Positions 62,301-64,000 of a stretch of 64,000 nt of DNA are shown one piece after another. The position numbers and the translations under genes were made by a program. Source of the DNA: Nemertoderma westbladi (Eukaryota > Animalia > Xenacoelomorpha); NCBI GenBank assembly GCA_032718475.1, contig JAUCBJ010003249.1:7988-71987 (forward strand), in the 5' to 3' direction. Every line of letters begins with the position of its first letter. Within the stretch, counting starts at the first letter, position 1. The notes below the pieces were generated by a model. The model saw only the letters and a list, made by a program, of their open reading frames with translations, ran no database searches and was not told the origin of the DNA.

Positions 62301-64000
62301 TAAAGTACAGTGGGTTGTATATGGAGTATCTCTATGGTGACAAAGTACAGGTGGGTTGTATATGGAGTATCTCTATGGTGACAAAGTACAGGTGGGTTGT
62401 ATATGGAGTATCTCTATGGTGACAAAGTACAGGTGGGTTGTATATGGAGTATCTCTATGGTGACAAAGTACAGTGGGTTGTATATGGAGTATCTCTATGG
62501 TGACAAAGTACAGGTGGGTTGTATATGGAGTATCTCTATGGTGACAAAGTACAGTGGGTTGTATATGGAGTATCTCTCTCTATGGTGACAAAGTACAGGT
62601 GGGTTGTATATGGAGTATCTCTATGGTGACAAAGTACAGTGGGTTGTATATGGAGTATCTCTCTCTATGGTGACAAAGTACAGGTGGGTTGTATATGGAG
62701 TATCTCTATGGTGACAAAGTACAGTGGGTTGTATATGGAGTATCTCTCTCTATGGTGACAAAGTACAGGTGGGTTGTATATGGAGTATCTCTATGGTGAT
62801 AAAGTACAGTGGGTTGTATATGGAGTATCTCTATGGTGACAAAGTACAGTGGGTTGTATATGGAGTATCTCTATGGTGACAAAGTACAGTGGGTTGTATA
62901 TGGAGTATCTCTATGGTGACAAAGTACAGTGGGTTGTATATGGAGTATCTCTCTCTATGGTGACAAAGTACAGGTGGGTTGTATATGGAGTATCTCTATG
63001 GTGACAAAGTACAGGTGGGTTGTATATGGAGTATCTCTATGGTGACAAAGTACAGTGGGTTGTATATGGAGTATCTCTCTCTATGGTGACAAAGTACAGG
63101 TGGGTTGTATATGGAGTATCTCTATGGTGACAAAGTACAGGTGGGTTGTATATGGAGTATCTCTATGGTGACAAAGTACAGGTGGGTTGTGTATGGAGTA
63201 TCTCTATGGTGACAAAGTACAGGTGGGTTGTGTATGGAGTATCTCTATGGTGATAAAGTACAGTGGGTTGTATATGGAGTATCTCTATGGTGATAAAGTA
63301 CAGGTGGGTTGTATATGGAGTATCTCTATGGTGACAAAGTACAGGTGGGTTGTATATGGAGTATCTCCATGGTGATAAAGTACAGGTGGGTTGTGTATGG
63401 AGTATCTCTATGGTGACAAATTACAGGTGGGTTGTGTATGGAGTATCTCTATGGTGATAAAGTACAGGTGGGTTGTATATGGAGTATCTCCATGGTGATA
63501 AAGTACAGGTGGGTTGTGTATGGAGTATCTCTATGGTGACAAATTACAGGTGGGTTGTGTATGGAGTATCTCTATGGTGATAAAGTACAGGTGGGTTGTG
63601 TATGGAGTATCTCTATGGTGACAAAGTACAGGTGGGTTGTATATGGAGTATCTCTATGGTGATAAAGTACAGGTGGGTTGTATATGGAGTATCTCTATGG
63701 TGATAAAGTACAGGTGGGTTGTGTATGGAGTATCTCTATGGTGATAAATTACAGGTGGGTTGTGTATGGAGTATCTCTATGGTGATAAAGTACAGTGGGT
63801 TGTATATGGAGTATCTCTATGGTGATAAAGTACAGGTGGGTTGTGTATGGAGTATCTCTATGGTGATAAATTACAGGTGGGTTGTGTATGGAGTATCTCT
63901 ATGGTGATAAAGTACAGGTGGGTTGTATATGGAGTATCTCTATGGTGACAAAGTACAGGTGGGTTGTATATGGAGTATCTCTATGGTGACAAAGTACAGG
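32345..64000 (+). repeat. 41-bp satellite (TGGTGACAAAGTACAG|GTGGGTTGTATATGGAGTATCTCTA), about 770 copies, intron 9 of DYNC2H1, incomplete at window end
   Basis: Directly visible. 40-bp (one G lost), 43-bp and 45-bp (extra CT) length variants, plus gac/gat, tat/tgt and ctat/ccat substitutions. The first copy overlaps exon 9. Confidence 0.99.

Noticed and set aside
32361-64000. Numerous ORFs (MYMEYLYGDKVQVGCIWSISMVTKY...) in the 41-bp array
   Set aside because: They are products of a non-triplet repeat cycling through frames, with frequent stops and no protein homology beyond the copied GDKVQ.
32345-64000. CRISPR-like array
   Set aside because: Units are contiguous with no unique spacers, there are no cas genes, and the context is a eukaryotic intron.

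Overview
Animal (invertebrate-like, AT-rich) genomic DNA. The first 13 kb hold four genes whose CDSs have no introns: mucolipin/TRPML (-), DTWD1 (-), GTSF1 (+) and XRCC3 (+). They are interspersed with decayed LINEs, SINEs and non-autonomous DNA transposons. From 17504 the window carries the first nine coding exons of cytoplasmic dynein-2 heavy chain (DYNC2H1, +), rebuilt by hand from GT-AG sites. Two of its introns are filled by satellites that begin at the 5' splice site and reiterate it. Intron 6 holds about 5.1 kb of a 28-bp unit with two GTTAGT donor hexamers. Intron 9 holds more than 31.6 kb (about 770 copies, running off the window) of a 41-bp unit made of the last 16 nt of exon 9 plus the first 25 nt of the intron, so the CAG|GTGGGT exon-intron junction is repeated hundreds of times. 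A third tandem repeat spans the DTWD1 stop codon. The ORF-track entries inside the arrays are repeat artefacts. Protein identifications are from recalled motifs, not database searches.
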